Assembly: GCF_964204645.1 (NCBI RefSeq)
Contig: NC_134028.1
Coordinates: 14,949,653-15,013,652, forward strand
From: Tubulanus polymorphus
Taxonomy: Eukaryota; Animalia; Nemertea
DNA length: 64,000 bases
Direction: 5' to 3'
Shown here: in pieces, positions 25,757 to 39,313 of the stretch
How the letters are laid out: each line of letters begins with the position of its first letter
How positions within the stretch are numbered: the stretch's first letter is position 1
The notes under the pieces: generated by a model
Databases searched by the model: none
The model's input: the letters and a program-made list of their open reading frames with translations, nothing else
Told to the model about the DNA's origin: nothing
Program-made: the position numbers and the translations under genes

Positions 25757-28700
25757 AACGTATGGCTCGAAATAGGAATCTGCAGCGATTTGCAGACGGT
25801 ATTAGCCAGTTGCATCCCAATAACGGCGGCGAGTAGTTCCAATCTCGGAATCGACAATGCACGGGTCAGCGATACGCAGCTTTTCGCGGCGATCATTGTG
25901 TCTTTTACTCCTTCTGCTGTCTCACAATGAGAATAACTAACGGCAGGGTGGGCAGACATTGATGCATCCACGAACATGTGCAATGTCACCCTATTCGACG
26001 AATTAAGCCCAAGCCATCTTGGCAAGGTCTCATCTTTTACATCGATGAGTTCACGAAACCAGCTCCACTCGGCAGCCAACTCTTCAGGGAATGGCTGGTC
26101 CCATTCAAGTTCTAGTAACCAGGACTGCTGCAACAGCATTTTTGCGCGGACGGTAAAGGGTGCTAGAATCTGTAACGGATTAAATATCGTAGCTACCTTC
26201 CTTAAAACGGCACGTCTCGTCATGGCGACATCACTGGGTGGCTTGATGTTGAAAGTAAACGTGTCGGTGTTCGCTCGCTAGAAAATTCCAAGAATTTTCA
26301 TGACTGGCAAGATTCCCTCTTCTAAACTTATGTCCGCAGCCGGGTCGCGTTCCGGAACATCGATGTGAACATCCACGTCATTACTACAAAATTTGTGAAT
26401 TTTGAATCCCGCAGATTCAAATAGGTCTGATAATTCGTGGCGCAATTTAATTCCGATTTCGCTTAATGTAACGGATTCTAATGTATCTTCCATGTATATT
26501 GCGTTTTCAACTGCTTCAGACACAAGCGGAAATCCTCTTTATGGGACTTTACGTGATACTGAATGATGTCCTGTGCTAAGTATGGAGACGAGGTGTGACC
26601 GAAGGTTAAACGCAAAAACTCATACACCTCTGGCTCTGTCCATGTTTCGCCACAAGAAACGATAAAACGGACGGTCCTCTTAGCGAATACCATTTTGGAG
26701 ACCATCTCGCTGATGTCTCTGACTAGACAGTGCTTCATCTAGCCAAAAATAGAGGGGTGGTCCGCCCCGCCCCCGAAAATAGCCGCCCTTGTGCTCTTCA
26801 GATGTGTCCCATGCTCACCCTTGTGCCCTCATCACTTGCAGTAGGTCCGCCTTCCTGCCCTTGTCAGTCACTAGTAATGAGTCAGGGCTTTCAAAATAAG
26901 CCGTCGCATCCGACTGTTAGTTAGTATCCTGCGACGGCTATGAAATATCTCATATGATATCAACGATAGTAGCTCATGTGATCAGTGGTTATATTTAAAT
27001 TTACTGCAGTCAGTGTGCATCGTGTGAAAACGTGCCTCAGACGCGTGGCCTAGTTTAAGTTTCCAGGAAATTGGCTGACTTCCAAACTACTGCCACTGGT
27101 TTTCCAAATCATTTTGAAAGCCCTATCTAGATTAACTTTTGTTCATTGACAGGCATAGGTGTAAGGATGTACTGTGGTCAAGTGTGTCACTCATGGCAAA
27201 ATCAGAGTTTAACATAGTTTCTAGTCATCAATCGTAGTAGGGGGTACCTCGATTCTATGCAATAGGGAACATTGCAGTTTGCCCCTTAAACCAGGGATGA
27301 AAATCTTCCGACCATAGACGGATTTCCGACTTTCTCTTTTATTTTCTTCATTCCTGAGATCAGTGTAAATCGCGTCAATCGCTTTAATCGCCTCAATCGC
27401 GCACATCACATCGTAGCACTCTGTAGTTAGGAGTGCTCCTAAAGACAGTTTTTGGCAGTAATTAGCACAATCGTGGAGTCGGAGAAACCAATATGGCGTC
27501 TCATTCGAAAAGCGACTAATTCGGAATATTTTCCGACTTTTTCAATATCGGCCGTTTTTATCCCTGTTAAACAGACGTGAGTGCGTTATAATGTGCCCTT
27601 GCTCCAATGGAATCACGCACAAAAATGCCCTTATTTTAAATCAGCACCCTGTCCTTATTTAATGCTAGATGAAGCACTGCTAGAGCGACCGCAAAACGAC
27701 GAAAACAAATCAACACATCTATAAGTTCATTATGTAACTTTGGACCGTGATAGATCGCGTCATTTAAACATTTTCCGTTGTACTTTGCAGCTGCATCGAA
27801 TACGATCCGCACTTTGGAGGTTGATCTCTGTAACTTAACCACCGGAAAGTGTGGCAAATACCATTCGGGACAAGTAATTTCAGTAGACGGCACTTTGCGG
27901 ATGTACCAACGTTCAAGATGATTACTGATGATTTTTTTGTACTCCGACGCAATTTCTTGACGATTTTGTAATGATTTTCGAGATTACGCAAGCGAATTCC
28001 GACTTCATAGCGACTATCTTTGAAGCATCTAGACTTCGCGACCAGATCGACCGCTTTCTTTTCCTCCGGAGTGAATAATGGTTTATCGTCGTCTTTTCGG
28101 ATTCCAATCGAATCTAAGTCCCAAAACTGATGTAACTGTTCGGTTAGTTGAATATCCATAGAACTGGTAAAATATGCATACGCATTTTTCGTGATTACAG
28201 ATTTATCGCTGGTTTTTCCGACAACGGTCCGACCGAGAGGTGTTCGGCACGCAATCGGCTGATTTTTCTCCTCCATCTCGTTCTTCAAGACATAGCTGTA
28301 AATCATAGCATCTCAACCAATCAGTAATTCGATTTTCGCATTATTTATTAGGACCGGGAATTTGATACCCTGCATGTGATAGAATTTCTGTTTCGAATCA
28401 TTCCAATTAATTGCCGGTCGATATCTCGACACACGTTTAACGGTATACGCGTTGATATTCTTACTATAACGACCGAATAAGCTTCGGATAGTGAAATTTA
28501 CGTTCATAGTACTGAATGTCTGTTTCGTCGATCCGATTGTGTCGACATTAAGTTCGCTTATTTGACCTTCGAGATGGATCTTCATGGTGATCTCTTCTGA
28601 TATATAGCTAGCCGTACTGCAGTCATCAAAAACAGCTACAATTTCTAGTTTTTCTTTGCCGTTCGACACTATCACCGGTAACGTACGTAGCGAAATGTTC

Positions 28701-29499
28701 GGAGTAGGAGAGTCACTAAGCGAGTGAACGGAATCTGAGGTATCCCCCTCCGTGACGTGAAGTGTTTCCGGATGTTAAGCAATGCATTGTGGTTACTTTT
28801 ACATCTGTTTACATTGCACCTTCGAGTAAAACGGCATGCTTTTCCTGAGTGTCCGGAGTTTAAACAACGGAAACAAAGATCATTGCCTTTTGCAAATTGC
28901 CACAGATCATTTACTTCCATTCCTTTGAAGGACGAACATTGAAATAATCGGTGTACGGATTACACTTGACGCAAGTCGGGGTGTATGACGAAGTACTCTT
29001 AGTCAACGCTTTCTGGTGACGACTTTGCCAGTTTTTTGAGTTGATGGTTTGACTTTCATAGACTTTGTTTATTCGTTCTAAATCTTCTTGTGTCTCTGGT
29101 AGGATTCGGAATTCGTCAATCAACCAGTCTCTCAAATTCGTTAAGATATCTTCTTTATCGGAATCACATATCCAACGTTTATAGTTGATCAACATCAATT
29201 TTGGTAGTTTAGTTTTCGGTAGACGGCTTCACTGTTATCTAATCCTCGTACTATATCTTTTGTTTCTCCCTCCAGGCAGCTTTTGAGTCGTAACATTTTC
29301 TCTAGGCTGACCATGGTTGTTCATCAACGCACGTTAAGGAGTCCTTCCAGTCTTCATACAGCATCTTGTCGCCATAATATTTCTGTAATGGCAAACGTTC
29401 TAAATCCCTCGTCATATCATAGTGTCGATGGGCGGGAATTGAAGACGACGATATCTCCGCTTCTTCTCGATTCATTGTTGCCTTTGCATTTGGGACCAA
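25757..29499 (-). mobile_element. Degraded BEL/Pao LTR retrotransposon (gag, protease, RT, peptidase A17/RNase H fragments)
   Basis: CFRCLNSGH knuckles, VFDDCSTASY protease, YLPHFPV...KVRIVFDAAAK, LTFGHTSSPY, LHMFVDAS...IPRLELLAA; many frameshifts; no LTR pair seen. Confidence 0.9.
26728..27679. mobile_element. Non-autonomous DNA transposon, 16-bp TIR, 5-bp TSD (hAT5-like), inserted in the BEL RT
   Basis: CAGTGCTTCATCTAGC / GCTAGATGAAGCACTG; CTAGA on both sides; excision restores RRFAVALVRDISEM. Confidence 0.9.
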
Positions 29500-29557
29500 T
29501 TAATGTTCTGACTAATCCGTAATAAACTATAAACTAAATCGTTTTTTACAGAATCTG

Positions 29558-31300
29558 ATTTTTGGTTTACCTTTGTCAGCGATATGATGTTGGCATTGAG
29601 CCATTTCATGTAAAATCGCGGTACATTTTTTTATGTGAGCATTTGTTTCATTGGTTCTCTGCTTAAATGACGTATAATCGATGCGATTGAAGACATGACG
29701 AACCTATGCGATGACATGGTCAACTGAGTTCTGAATTCTACGAAAAGCTGTTTTTGGCGGGAAAATTCTTAGCTCTCGCGTATGAAATTGCAATGACCTG
29801 GATTGGGGGCGTTGTCTCTACGAGCAAATGGGATTGGCTGTTTTTGGGATATACGGGGAATTCCGGCGCTACTAAAATAATTATGGGAAAGCCATAGAAT
29901 GGCGTATGTTTCATTGGACTAGGTGCCGTTAACGTGCGAATTTCAAATGCTCATTGCTGGTGAGGATGTAATTATTTCACACATCCGCCATAGGTATTGT
30001 TTCATTTTAATCCCCGGTGATTGTTTTGATTGACATTGAAGTGTAGCGAACATTCAGTTACATGAGGCCTCCACATGCGCGTGGAGTGCGACACGACACA
30101 CACACAAGCTCGTACAGTACACTACTAAAGGTGATGCTGTAACGCGTGCACGTTTGACATGAAAATAGGCTGAATAATTGAAGCAGAAGAGTTTCATGAG
30201 CGCTGTGTTTTCTGTTTGATAGAATTCGTAATAAATTGCAATTTCTTGTGACCTGAATATATTAAGCAGCAAACTACAAGTATAGGTCGAGGTCTGAATA
30301 TTGTAGTCGTAAATTCCAGGATTTAAAACGATCTAATAGCCGATTTCTTCTGTACCGGTATTTTAACTTCCGCGGCCATTATTGGAAGAGGTTTCCAAGA
30401 CCCAATATTCAGCCACCCTCTGATATGTGACATCATATGAATTTTAGGCCATCCCATATTAACGGTCTGTTTGCTGTAACCCGACCGACCCGACTTCAAA
30501 GGTACCGAGTGAAAACTTTTTTTCTGGGATTCATTGAAATAAATTTATTTTTGATAAAAACGGCCAACCGACCGACCCACTGCCGACGTATGAGCTACTT
30601 ATGTTCGAATTCAAGTGTACATCGTGTGAAAACATGTCATGACATTTATTTTAAGTTATATTCTAATTTAAGTTTTCCAGGAAACTGGCAGTGTTCGAAT
30701 AAGCTGCCATTCATTCTTAGTGACTATATTAAAGCTGGTAACGTAAAAGCACGCACATATTCAATGTACTGTTTCATTTTTAACACAGAGATGACGCTCT
30801 GGACTAACTTATAATTTCATATTAATTCTCGAAATCTACGCTAGAACTTCCCGTGCACAACGTAGATGATTTTTGCGACATTGATTCCATGTAAAAAGGG
30901 TGATAAATTTTTCTTTTGCCCAAAAATTTTGCAAAAAAAGTTTCTACCTACCTACCGACTCATCCTGAAAAATTGAGTTGGTGTTACGGCAAACAGACGG
31001 GATGGGATGGCCTTATTTGAATATTTTTTTCTTATTGTGAAACATATTTTTTTGAAAATATAAAATAGTTTCCCTGCCGCGCCTGCCTGTACCCTACAAA
31101 ATTTTGGACGTGGACTGTAACCAAATGTATATCTTTGGTCTTATTTGACTACAAAATAATTCTTTAAGAAAGATAAAATACAATATAAACTTGTGGAACT
31201 TTGAAGTCACGAATTAAAAAGATTTTTCAAGCAATGCCTTTATGCCAAACAACCTCTAGCTTTCAAGGTAAACCACACTTTGCCCATAAGCAATTTATTT
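29558..31300 (+). repeat. Dispersed repeat family (other copies 58234-59360 and 5' stub 25126-25196)
   Basis: tttttggtttacctttgt(c/t)agcgatatga... collinear similarity over more than 1 kb with 58234-59360. Confidence 0.8.
30447..31012. mobile_element. PIF/Harbinger (Tourist-like) MITE, TTA TSD
   Basis: TTA-GGCCATCCCAT...ATGGGATGGCC-TTA; the paralogous repeat at about 59100 shows the empty site (gaattttatttgaat). Confidence 0.88.
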
Positions 31301-32230
31301 ATTCTTCCACCATCTTCTTTTTTCTCAACACATGTTTTTTACAAAGAAACCATATAGTGGCGCCCTCTATTTATATGCACCAATTAGTAATTAATTATTT
31401 CCACTAATTTCCACAAACCACATGTAAATGTAATTGATACGTTTAAAAAATTAATCCAGCCTGCCCGGTGAGGCGGCACCTGTTCCTTTTCCCAAACTGG
31501 AACTTCTGATTATCTCGACGAAGTCTCAAGGTCCATGGACATCTTGTTAAAAGTTCACACTTACCAAAATCGAGTCCATTGTTGATAGATTCTTGTTTGA
31601 TTTTCAAAGAAGAATTTTTGCATAGCGATAGGCCTACAGCGTGACACATTTATACTTCGCACAGTTTGGCTACCCACTGGACCATTGGTCCTTCATCTTA
31701 TATAAAAAGGATTAACATAAATTCAATTTTAGCTTAATTAAGTAATCACTAGCCTGTGATCATTTTTAATTAGCTATTTGTTGACTAATTTTTCTTAAAT
31801 CATAAAGATTCGAACATCTACATATTAGTTTGCTCCATGGCATGTAGATAAAGCTATGTATGTGATGTGAATTTGGAGTAGTTACCCAAACTGCTGGTAG
31901 GTGACGCAATGCAAATATGTGCTACCTCCATTAAGTGAACACCTCTCTATTAATTCCGGAACCCTAAGCATTCACTTTATAGAGGTTTCCTCATTGTTGA
32001 GCAGATCTTGCAGATTTTGGAATTATAAGAATTGAGTTGTCTGTGAATTAATTTCACACATGCTGAGGCGGGCTTGGTCATACCGCTGATAAGTTGTTGC
32101 GACATTCCATCCCAAATATGGGAGGTTTGACATTCATACTGCACAATTAGACCATGAGAGTGATCCTTGTGAAATCAGCCAGCAACGAAAAGGTGATGCA
32201 TGGAGTAACAAAAGTTAGTTTGATTTTTAG

Positions 32231-32406
32231 ATAGAAGATCCAGAAGAGGTTCTGCATTGGAAATGTCGACAACTAGCTGCTGCAATAAAACAGTCTAAAT
32301 GTTTGGTAGTTTATACAGGAGCTGGTATTAGTACAGCAGCTTCTATACCAGATTATAGGGGACCAAATGGTGTCTGGACACTTCTCCAACAAGGAAAACA
32401 AGTAAA
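32231..32406 (+). CDS. SIRT7: Sirtuin-7 exon (NAD-binding [15 protein letters not shown])
   Basis: IEDPEEVL...[34 protein letters not shown]; AG/GT boundaries. Confidence 0.97.
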
Positions 32407-34031
32407 GTAAGTCAGATCTGAAATACTTATTATTTTCTCAATTGCTAATTACTGCAATTGAATTGATAAGGTTCGTGTGGCAAAGGATATGTAGTGGTGG
32501 GTGACCTATTACGATATCGTACCCCAGTTCTTAGTAATTGAATTGATTGTGATAGTGATAGTGAATGTGAATATTGAGTCTTGGAAACTAGTGAATCTAC
32601 TTAGAGGACTTCTACATCAACATCTACCCGAGAAAAAATTACATTAAACTATCGGACTATTTACACGTAGAAAACGACGAAAAAAATATAAAAATGGACA
32701 AAATGATCTTCAACCTTGTAATATAGCAATTTCCCAAATTTCGATGTATTAAATTAGGCAGCCTGAAAAATTCACCCTAATCAGTCGCTTGCCGGTTCAG
32801 ACTGGTTGGAAGATTGTTTAAATGAACCTGAACCGAATTTCCCAATTATGCACTTCGATTTAAACAAAAGATTCTGTAAACTCGACCGCCGATCACACAA
32901 CTATATCTGTACTTTGATTTCTGATTTCAAAATCAAACCCCCGGTTTTGCTCCCGGCAGGTGTGGTGGGTCTGTAAGGGGCACTCAATCAAAAATCAAAG
33001 GAAACTTACCAACCAAATAAATAACGGGGACAATCCCTATTTTGAGATAAAAAATCCTACATGGTAAAAATCCCCCCAGGTAAAAATCCCGAAAGACTGT
33101 ACATGTATAGGCCTACAAGTCAATTTTTCCAGGGTCAAACCAGCTGAACCAGCCATCCATGGTTTCAATATGCCTAATTGACTGTTTGTAGACCTTCCTT
33201 TTATAAAACCGTGTTGACGTTTGAACAGGATACTAAATTCCCTTCATTTTCAAAAGCATGGTGCGGCTCTGTCAGTATACACGCGTTCGTGGTTGACACG
33301 GCATCCAGACAAGAACAAAAATACGAACAAGGCTGTGCAGAAAACCTATATTGCTGTTTTGCAGCTATATTTTAAATTCCAACTGTACATGCAAATAATG
33401 GTCATATCCTGTTTTGATGTTAATCATGTCGATGCATGGATCCGACAATTAAAGGGGAGGAATTGTATGATGAACCAGTTCTATCATTCTACCATTGGTT
33501 CTGTCTTAGTGATTGTCTCGTCCTTGCACAATATCGTGTTACCTGTTACACCGGAAGGAGCTCTCTGTGTGTAATACTACCTGTTTCCTACAGCTCCAAA
33601 AACCCCTCAAATTCCAAAGTCCATTTTTGAGGGTAAAAAATCCCTCAAATTCTGAGTTAAGGGCCATGGCAAATTCTGAAAATTGTCTCTCAGAAGAGTT
33701 TGTATCACATTCCTAAAGATTCTTTCTATCTATAGGATGATCTACATAATTCGTTGTGTTGTATTGTGTTGTGTTCAATTTCTATCTATATAATTCATGA
33801 AGTATTCTTGATTATTTTGTACACACTGGATTGATACAGCATTGTCTTATTTGTTCATAATCAGGATATAGGCCTTGTTGTCATTCCAAAATGTCCAGAT
33901 TTTACAGAATTGAACGGATTGGCTAGATTGTGCATATAGACCTAGCCAATTTCACCAGTCCACTGTGTTTCTTTGGAAAATCTGCTGATTGAGACCTAAG
34001 CTTGCTCAATTACTTCTACTTTTATTTGTAG

Positions 34032-34104
34032 AACTCAAGATTTAAGTGATGCGGAACCAACATCTACTCACATGGCCTTAACCACATTGTACAATGTTAA
34101 ACTG
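34032..34104 (+). CDS. SIRT7: Sirtuin-7 exon
   Basis: TQDLSDAEPTSTHMALTTLYNVKL; phases 2 and 0 fit the neighbouring exons. Confidence 0.95.
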
Positions 34105-34217
34105 GTAAGGTTCACCTATACAGCAAACCTATTCTAAGTTAGGCCAGCCTTGCCACTCAATACAATATCCGCGATTCCAATTTTATAATAACTGAAAAGT
34201 GTCATATTTGACATGTG

Positions 34218-35039
34218 CAGGGCTGCCAATGTCTCCGATTTTGGCGGAGTTTGCTACGGTAAAACCAGTACAACTCCGGTGCTACGGGAGTGGTGAAAAT
34301 ACTACGCTCGAGCGTCGGTCTCATTCCGGTACTCCGCTGAGGAGTCAATCGAATACGCCCATAATCAATTTCACTCCGGTGTTCCGTTAGAATGCCAATC
34401 GAATACGCTCAAATTTATTTCACTCCGGTGTTCCGTTAGAATGCCAATTGAATACGCTCAAATCAATTTTGTCATTGTTAAATCCTATCCACAGAACGGT
34501 AGTCTTTGGTTTGTGCGCATGCGCAGTTATCAATAAGCGATCATGAAATGTGATAGTCGGAGGTTGGATTTAGTGTTCACCTGTTAATGTGGCGGCATCG
34601 TTGTCTGATTTGGATTTTTCGGCAAATGAATCGAATTCCGATGATGATGAAAGCGAATCGGAAGAAGGTGAAGTAACTGCGAGGAAGAGAAAATCCAAAC
34701 ATGGGACTAGTAATGAACAACAGAATAAAAAAACCCGTGTCGCCAATCAAAAATTTAAAGCAGAATATACGTCCAAGTATCCGTGCATTGTTCCATCTCA
34801 AATATCAAATAGTTATGCACTGTGTACTGTCTGTAACCTTGATTTTCTTGTTACACACGGTGGGTTGACAGATGTCAGGAAACGTTTCGGCTGCTGTCGT
34901 TTCGGCTGCTACTGAGAATCAATGATTTGCTACTATCACTAGAATGTTTGATTTTGCCCTGCTACTGACTGAAATAAGAAAACTACAATCAAACTTGTAT
35001 TGTGTTACTACAAAAAAAATTGTGAAGTTGGCATGTCTG
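34218..35039 (+). mobile_element. Internally deleted hAT element retaining the transposase N-terminal zinc finger (34589-34915)
   Basis: CAGGGCTGCCAA / TTGGCATGTCTG ends, 5/6-matching TSD CATGTG/GATGTG; ORF KFKAEYTSKYP...ALCTVCNLDFLVTHGGLTDV. Confidence 0.7.
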
Positions 35040-36084
35040 GATGTGATCAAAGGGTGCCTTAAAACATTGGAGTCCGATGGACAGTCAGACGACTGAGACC
35101 AAACAACAATGTCACCATGTCTTACACTTGATTGCTCTAACATGAACTGAATTCCTTTTTTGGTTCGAAGAGTGAGAACCTAAGCTATCGTCAAGTTGCA
35201 GTCATGAAGTCACGTGACAGGATCGGAAGATTGAGTGATGCGCCTCAATGAAATAGGTCCACATCCGTAATTCACTTGTCTTAAGAATATTATAATTATC
35301 ATGATAGATATATTCCAATACTCTGAATAATATCATTTTCTAAAGTAATGGGTAATGAACGACGATTTAGCGGTTGGTTAAAACAAATCATTACATCTAC
35401 TCGCGCATAAGTACACCATCAATGCTGAGCCGGTTAAAGCGCCAGTACCCGTACGTACAGCCATACACACGTTGATGCCGACACCAGCTTCCACTTCAAA
35501 AGTTAAGAACAAAATATTAGAAATATTTGTGATCGGATTTACACCAAATAAACCTTTAACGTAAGGTATTTTGCATCGGATATTGTGCCGAAAATTCTAG
35601 ATTGATACACTACATAGTTTTTCAAGTAAGCGTATTTTTAGTGTAAACCAATTATGTTGATTAGCAGGCAAGCTCACGAATATCAATTTCTTTTCATAGG
35701 CACAGGCGGTCAAGCTTGCCGCAGATTTCTGTGGTTGGGGGTCCATTTTGATCACTCTTGAGATTGATGCAGATCAGTTGAGAAGATGATTGGGGGTGGG
35801 GTGGGATAAGGGTCTTGGGTAAAAGTTGAGAGTTTAGATTCTAGGACACTGAAAGAACAGACCTTATATACATATATATATATGTATATTCTATATTAAG
35901 CGATGGATAGGATGATGATAGATAGGGTCCTCTCTGGACTCTCGGCTATTTACTGACAAGTGCATTTAAGCATGAACATCTTGTGGTGATTTGGATATTA
36001 TTGGAACCATCCTTTTCATTGACTCAAGATATAGACAAGGAACTATGAATGTTCTAATTAATCATTATCATCATACTATTTCAG

Positions 36085-36183
36085 GTGAAGCATGTTGTCT
36101 CTCAGAATTGTGATGGCCTCCATTTGCGTAGTGGTTTACCCAGAAAAGCTCTCTCCGAAGTTCACGGAAATATGTATATTGAA
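36085..36183 (+). CDS. SIRT7: Sirtuin-7 exon (QNCDGLH motif, catalytic HG)
   Basis: [33 protein letters not shown]; AG/GT boundaries. Confidence 0.97.
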
Positions 36184-36549
36184 GTGAGTGATTGGCTCAT
36201 ATAGGCATTATGAAAGATTTCTAGAATTGTACGTAGATTTCAATCCGGCACTGTATTGTCCTGAATGGTCTTGTGTATTGCCCAATGACCTTGTTGTTTC
36301 GAAATCCCTTGTTTGGCCTGTCAGGACAATTGCCCCCCTCCAGACAATTGCCCCTGAATTAGATTTGTTATAATCTATTCAATATTTTTAATCTTTAAGT
36401 AACACTGACACTAACTTCGAATAAATTCGACAAAGCAAACAATTGTCCTAGAATTGGTACTCGGAGTAATTCATTATAATTCATAATATTATGTAAATTG
36501 TAATACTTTTGAAATCTAAATAAATGTCAAGACATTTCATTCAGTTATC

Positions 36550-37796
36550 CAGGGTTCGTAGCGATCCTGGAAAGTGCTTAATAGTGCTTGAATCACAAAA
36601 TGCATTTTCAAGGCCTTGAAAATGCTTGAATTTTCAAAATTTCAGTAAAAATAATTGGAAGTCCTTGAATTTTTAATGTTGTCCAAATTTTGTCAATCAG
36701 TTTGTTGTATTGACTTCATACGCCCGCGCACTGCCAACCACGTGTGAGAGTGCTGTGACTCTGTACCGTCAGCGTGCTATAGACTCGTATACACTGCTGA
36801 CTCGTGTATATATACAGTACAAATGTATTAGGCATGTGGCTCACTGCTGACAATGCGTATACAAATCTATTAGTAGACACGTGGCGGCACTACCGCTATC
36901 GCGCGCCGCGTATATACAAATGCCCTTGTGATGAAATAAACAAACAAAATGCTTCAAAATAATTCTAAATAGATTATTGGTAGTAAATAATGACCTCAAA
37001 TTAATATAAAGACCGTTCTTGATTTTGACGTTCTTTGGAGCATTAACTATCGAAAAGTGATTTTTTATGTCAGGGTATCCCGAGCTGATCATGATTAAGC
37101 GTTAAGCTGTTATCATTTAGACGTTTAAGCCGGTCATCGAAATTTGTTGGATTCAAAATTAGATAGGCCAGTATGGGAAAGTGCCATTTCTCTGACGCCT
37201 GGTTGGTGCATGAATCATACAAAAGTTGGATTCAACGCAGACCAATTTCAACAGAAGCTAGGTGAAATCTCGCAAAATTCATGAGCTCATTTTAAAATCT
37301 GTGACCATGAGAAATTCGGCTGAAGACAAGTCACATGAGTTGGCCGATGTTATTTCAGCCATCGAAACTCAAAAGGAGCAAATTAATCGATTGTAAATAG
37401 GTCGATGAGCTGTAATTTAATTTTGTATAATTTTGTTATTTTTGCTTTCAATAGTATGGCTTTTTGATGGCGAGGTGTACCTGTAGTTCCGTTGAAAGGC
37501 CCACAGATTTCTTGTTTTAAAGTTATTAATTTCTGATACATGTAGTAAATCTTTCTTAAAATAAAGCTGAACGATTCCAAAGTTATCAAGTGCTCTGCTA
37601 CGCGTGGATGTTTCTTTATGATGATTTGCGTTTGTACTTCTTTTAAATTTCTGCAATAAAGGAATTTTCATTGCAATAAATTTGCCTTAAATACTAGTGT
37701 TTATATGGTATTTTTCAGAAAATAGTACTTGAATTTTGTTGAAATAGGTCCTTGAAAGTACTTGAATTAAGTTGGGCCTGGAGGCTATGAACCCTG
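36550..37796. mobile_element. hAT5-like non-autonomous transposon, 5-bp TSD
   Basis: CAGGGTTCGTAGC / GCTATGAACCCTG; TTATC at 36545-36549 and 37797-37801; subterminal CTTGAA repeats. Confidence 0.85.
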
Positions 37797-37823
37797 TTAT
37801 CCAATTTTTTATTTTCTTATTAG

Positions 37824-38054
37824 AGATGTACTGAATGTCAAGCAGAATATATTCGTTTATTTGATGTCACTGAGAAAACTGGCATTCGAAGACATAAAAC
37901 AGATCGTAAATGCGTCAAATGTAAAGGGGCTTTAAAAGACACAATAATACATTTCGGTGAGAAAGCTCCTTTAGATGGAATTTATAACTGGCTTGCAGCC
38001 CGAAAGATGGTCGATAAAGCAGATATGATTTTATGCTTAGGATCAAGTTTGAAA
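37824..38054 (+). CDS. SIRT7: Sirtuin-7 exon (zinc-binding module)
   Basis: RCTECQAEYIRLFDVTEKT...CVKC...LKDTIIHFGEK...ADMILCLGSSLK. Confidence 0.97.
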
Positions 38055-38720
38055 GTGAGTTAGTCATTGTTTAAAGGGGCCAAGTGTAAAGTTTAGATTT
38101 TGCTTCTTATTTCCAACCCTTACATACCCCATGTATGCAATTTTGAAGGCAAAGGTATATATAAATTGCAAACAGGATACATCATAAATGAAAATTGTTC
38201 AATTTACAAAAATTAATTGTCTATACAATTGGAGCAAATATGGCATGGGTTCCAGATGAAAGGCTTTTTCACTGCGCAACTCAGTATATACTCATACAAG
38301 TTATGTGTTGAAGTAATCCATGCTCCAATTCCAGGGAAGCAGAATTTTGAAAATGGACCTTGTTAGAATTTGCTGGAGGTTTACTTTTGTTATATCTGTT
38401 TTGAAAAGCCAAACTGCGAGCAAAACCTCCTTAATGGTTTGCTTAGCCGTAGAAATCACCAGGTGTTCACGTGAACCCACTGCATCATCCACTGTTTTAC
38501 TTCCAGGTTTTATTTTAAGATCAAAAATTATATTTCATTATATAATAAGTTTAAAAATTACATTTTTGGTGCCTTTACATATTATATACTATGTATTTAC
38601 ATAGGCAGAAATTTCCTATTGTTTACCCTCCCCATTGATGCCAATGTTCTCAATGAATGACTGCTATGACCAATTTCATTGCATACATGAATTTTTTCTC
38701 TAATCTTCCATATTCAATAG

Positions 38721-38841
38721 GTTTTGAGAAAATATGCTTGTCTGTGGTCTATGCATCAACCATTGCACAAAAGGCCGAAACTTTACATTGTGAATTTGCA
38801 GTGGACGCCCAAAGATGAGCTTGCTATGCTTAAGATTAATG
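38721..38841 (+). CDS. SIRT7: Sirtuin-7 exon
   Basis: VLRKYACLWSM...RPKLYIVNLQWTPKDELAMLKIN. Confidence 0.97.
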
Positions 38842-38908
38842 GTTAGTACAGGAAGATCATTTACGGATAAATTTCAATGCAGCTTTAACTTATTAACTTG
38901 TGTTTTAG

Positions 38909-38975
38909 GTAAATGCGATGAAGTATTGACACGAATCATGGATTATCTTGGATTTAATCTGCCACCATATAAAAG
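38909..38975 (+). CDS. SIRT7: Sirtuin-7 exon
   Basis: GKCDEVLTRIMDYLGFNLPPYK after a 67-nt intron; phases fit. Confidence 0.95.
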
Positions 38976-39313
38976 GTACCATTTCCTTTCCAGCTCTTGC
39001 TGTGACTGAAGATCGGCAGAGCTGATGGTTATGGGGGATAGCCGTCTTCGTCAGTGGTCATTTTTTACCCACTTCGAACTCAAGTGCTAGCGAGCTATTG
39101 CATTCGCATTTCGTCTATCTGTTCATTCATTGTCAATAAACGGAATCCAGCCATCATGTTGCTTCTAAATGGTATGCCATTTTTCCTTGGAATTCTTGTT
39201 GATTTCACTATGAGAAGGGCTCTTAAATATATCAGGGATTCTTTGATCAGTCAAGCGTGACACAATTGGTTGCCGTCTTAAGTGCCATCAGTTCTTATTT
39301 GTAGATAGAAAAA

